Below, piece by piece: positions 63,373 to 64,000 of a stretch of 64,000 nt of DNA (position 1 is the stretch's first letter; every line of letters begins with the position of its first letter). The notes under the pieces were generated by a model. It saw nothing but the letters and a program-made list of their open reading frames with translations. It ran no database searches and was not told the DNA's origin. The stretch comes from Oceanicaulis sp. BBD 1991-10 (GTDB lineage Bacteria > Pseudomonadota > Alphaproteobacteria > Caulobacterales > Maricaulaceae): contig LYSW01000004.1 of NCBI GenBank assembly GCA_001657295.1, forward strand, positions 3,414 through 67,413, read 5' to 3'. A program made the position numbers and the translations under genes.

Positions 63373-64000
63373 TCAGCCGAACAGGCCTGCGGCCTTGGGG
63401 GGTTCCGCCATGCGGTGCACGTGCGCGCCCAGGATCAGGCCGAGGCCGAACAGAACGGTCAGCATCACCGTGCCGCCATAGGAGATCAGCGGCAGCGGCA
63501 CGCCGACGACCGGCAACAATCCCATGACCATGCCGACGTTGATGAAGACGTAAAGCGCGAACGTGGTCGCCACCCCCATCACCGTCAACCGCAAGAAGGT
63601 GGACCGGCACGAGGCCGCGATCAGCACGCAATTGGCCAGCAGCAGCGCATAGAGGCCCAGCACGACGAGCCCGCCGAAAAAGCCGAACTCCTCGCCGAGA
63701 ATCGTGAAGATGAAGTCGGTCTGCTTTTCCGGCAGGAAGTCGAGGGAGGCCTGCGTGCCCTGCAGATAGCCCTTGCCGGTCGCGCCGCCCGAGCCCAGCG
63801 CGATCTGGGACTGCAGGATCTGATACCCCGCGCCCATCGGATCCTCACTGGGATTGAGGAAGGTGGTGATGCGCTCAAGCTGATAGGGCTCGATGAAGAA
63901 ATTCAGATAAGTCAGCGCTCCCGCGATCGCGAAAACGGCGGCGCCCAGGATCACCCACCAGCTCAATCCCGCCATGAAGACGATCGCGGCGCCGGTCGCC
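63373..64000 (-). CDS. rodA: rod shape-determining protein RodA (SEDS family), 3' part; 5' end outside window
   Basis: The C-terminal SEDS pattern ...QTDFIFTILGEEFGFFGG...LPLISYGGT is present. The frame stays open to the window end; the listed start at 63975 is only an internal Met. Confidence 0.85.
   Translation of the reverse strand, partial: ATGAAIVFMAGLSWWVILGAAVFAIAGALTYLNFFIEPYQLERITTFLNPSEDPMGAGYQILQSQIALGSGGATGKGYLQGTQASLDFLPEKQTDFIFTILGEEFGFFGGLVVLGLYALLLANCVLIAASCRSTFLRLTVMGVATTFALYVFINVGMVMGLLPVVGVPLPLISYGGTVMLTVLFGLGLILGAHVHRMAEPPKAAGLFG

Overview
This is a GC-rich chromosomal segment that looks alphaproteobacterial. The supporting features are a permuted two-piece tmRNA gene with an ANDNYAEEVALAA tag, an SspB-alpha-type adaptor, a DUF1476 zeta-type ATPase inhibitor, purC-purS-purQ-purL, TamA/TamB and HflKC. 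I call about 55 protein genes, and most are ordinary housekeeping or envelope functions: purine synthesis, thyA-folA, proA, fumC, amtB, radC, tag, ygfZ, a threonine synthase, DegP, an Mla/Mce-like ABC system, a Fur-box-associated TonB receptor, several MFS transporters, pip, an SNF transporter and the 3' end of rodA. Long ORFs antisense to real genes are common, as expected at this GC content, and I rejected them. The one block that looks accessory lies directly 3' of ssrA, at about 35.2-44.5 kb. It holds a 2,297-bp tandem duplication carrying a secreted S8 subtilase together with its own AT-rich TATAAT promoter. Facing it is a co-directional string of cytochrome P450, a hybrid histidine kinase and a paralogous histidine kinase; the two kinases share an unassigned 6-TM sensor region, and no response regulator with an output domain is present. 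This is my best candidate for an uncharacterised system, but any functional link between these genes is inference. A second candidate is a translationally coupled GT4 / methyltransferase / prenyltransferase-like toroid operon with a convergent methyltransferase-lipoprotein pair (56.4-60.7 kb). Smaller oddities are listed under findings. I found no CRISPR array, rRNA, canonical tRNA, integrase or transposase.
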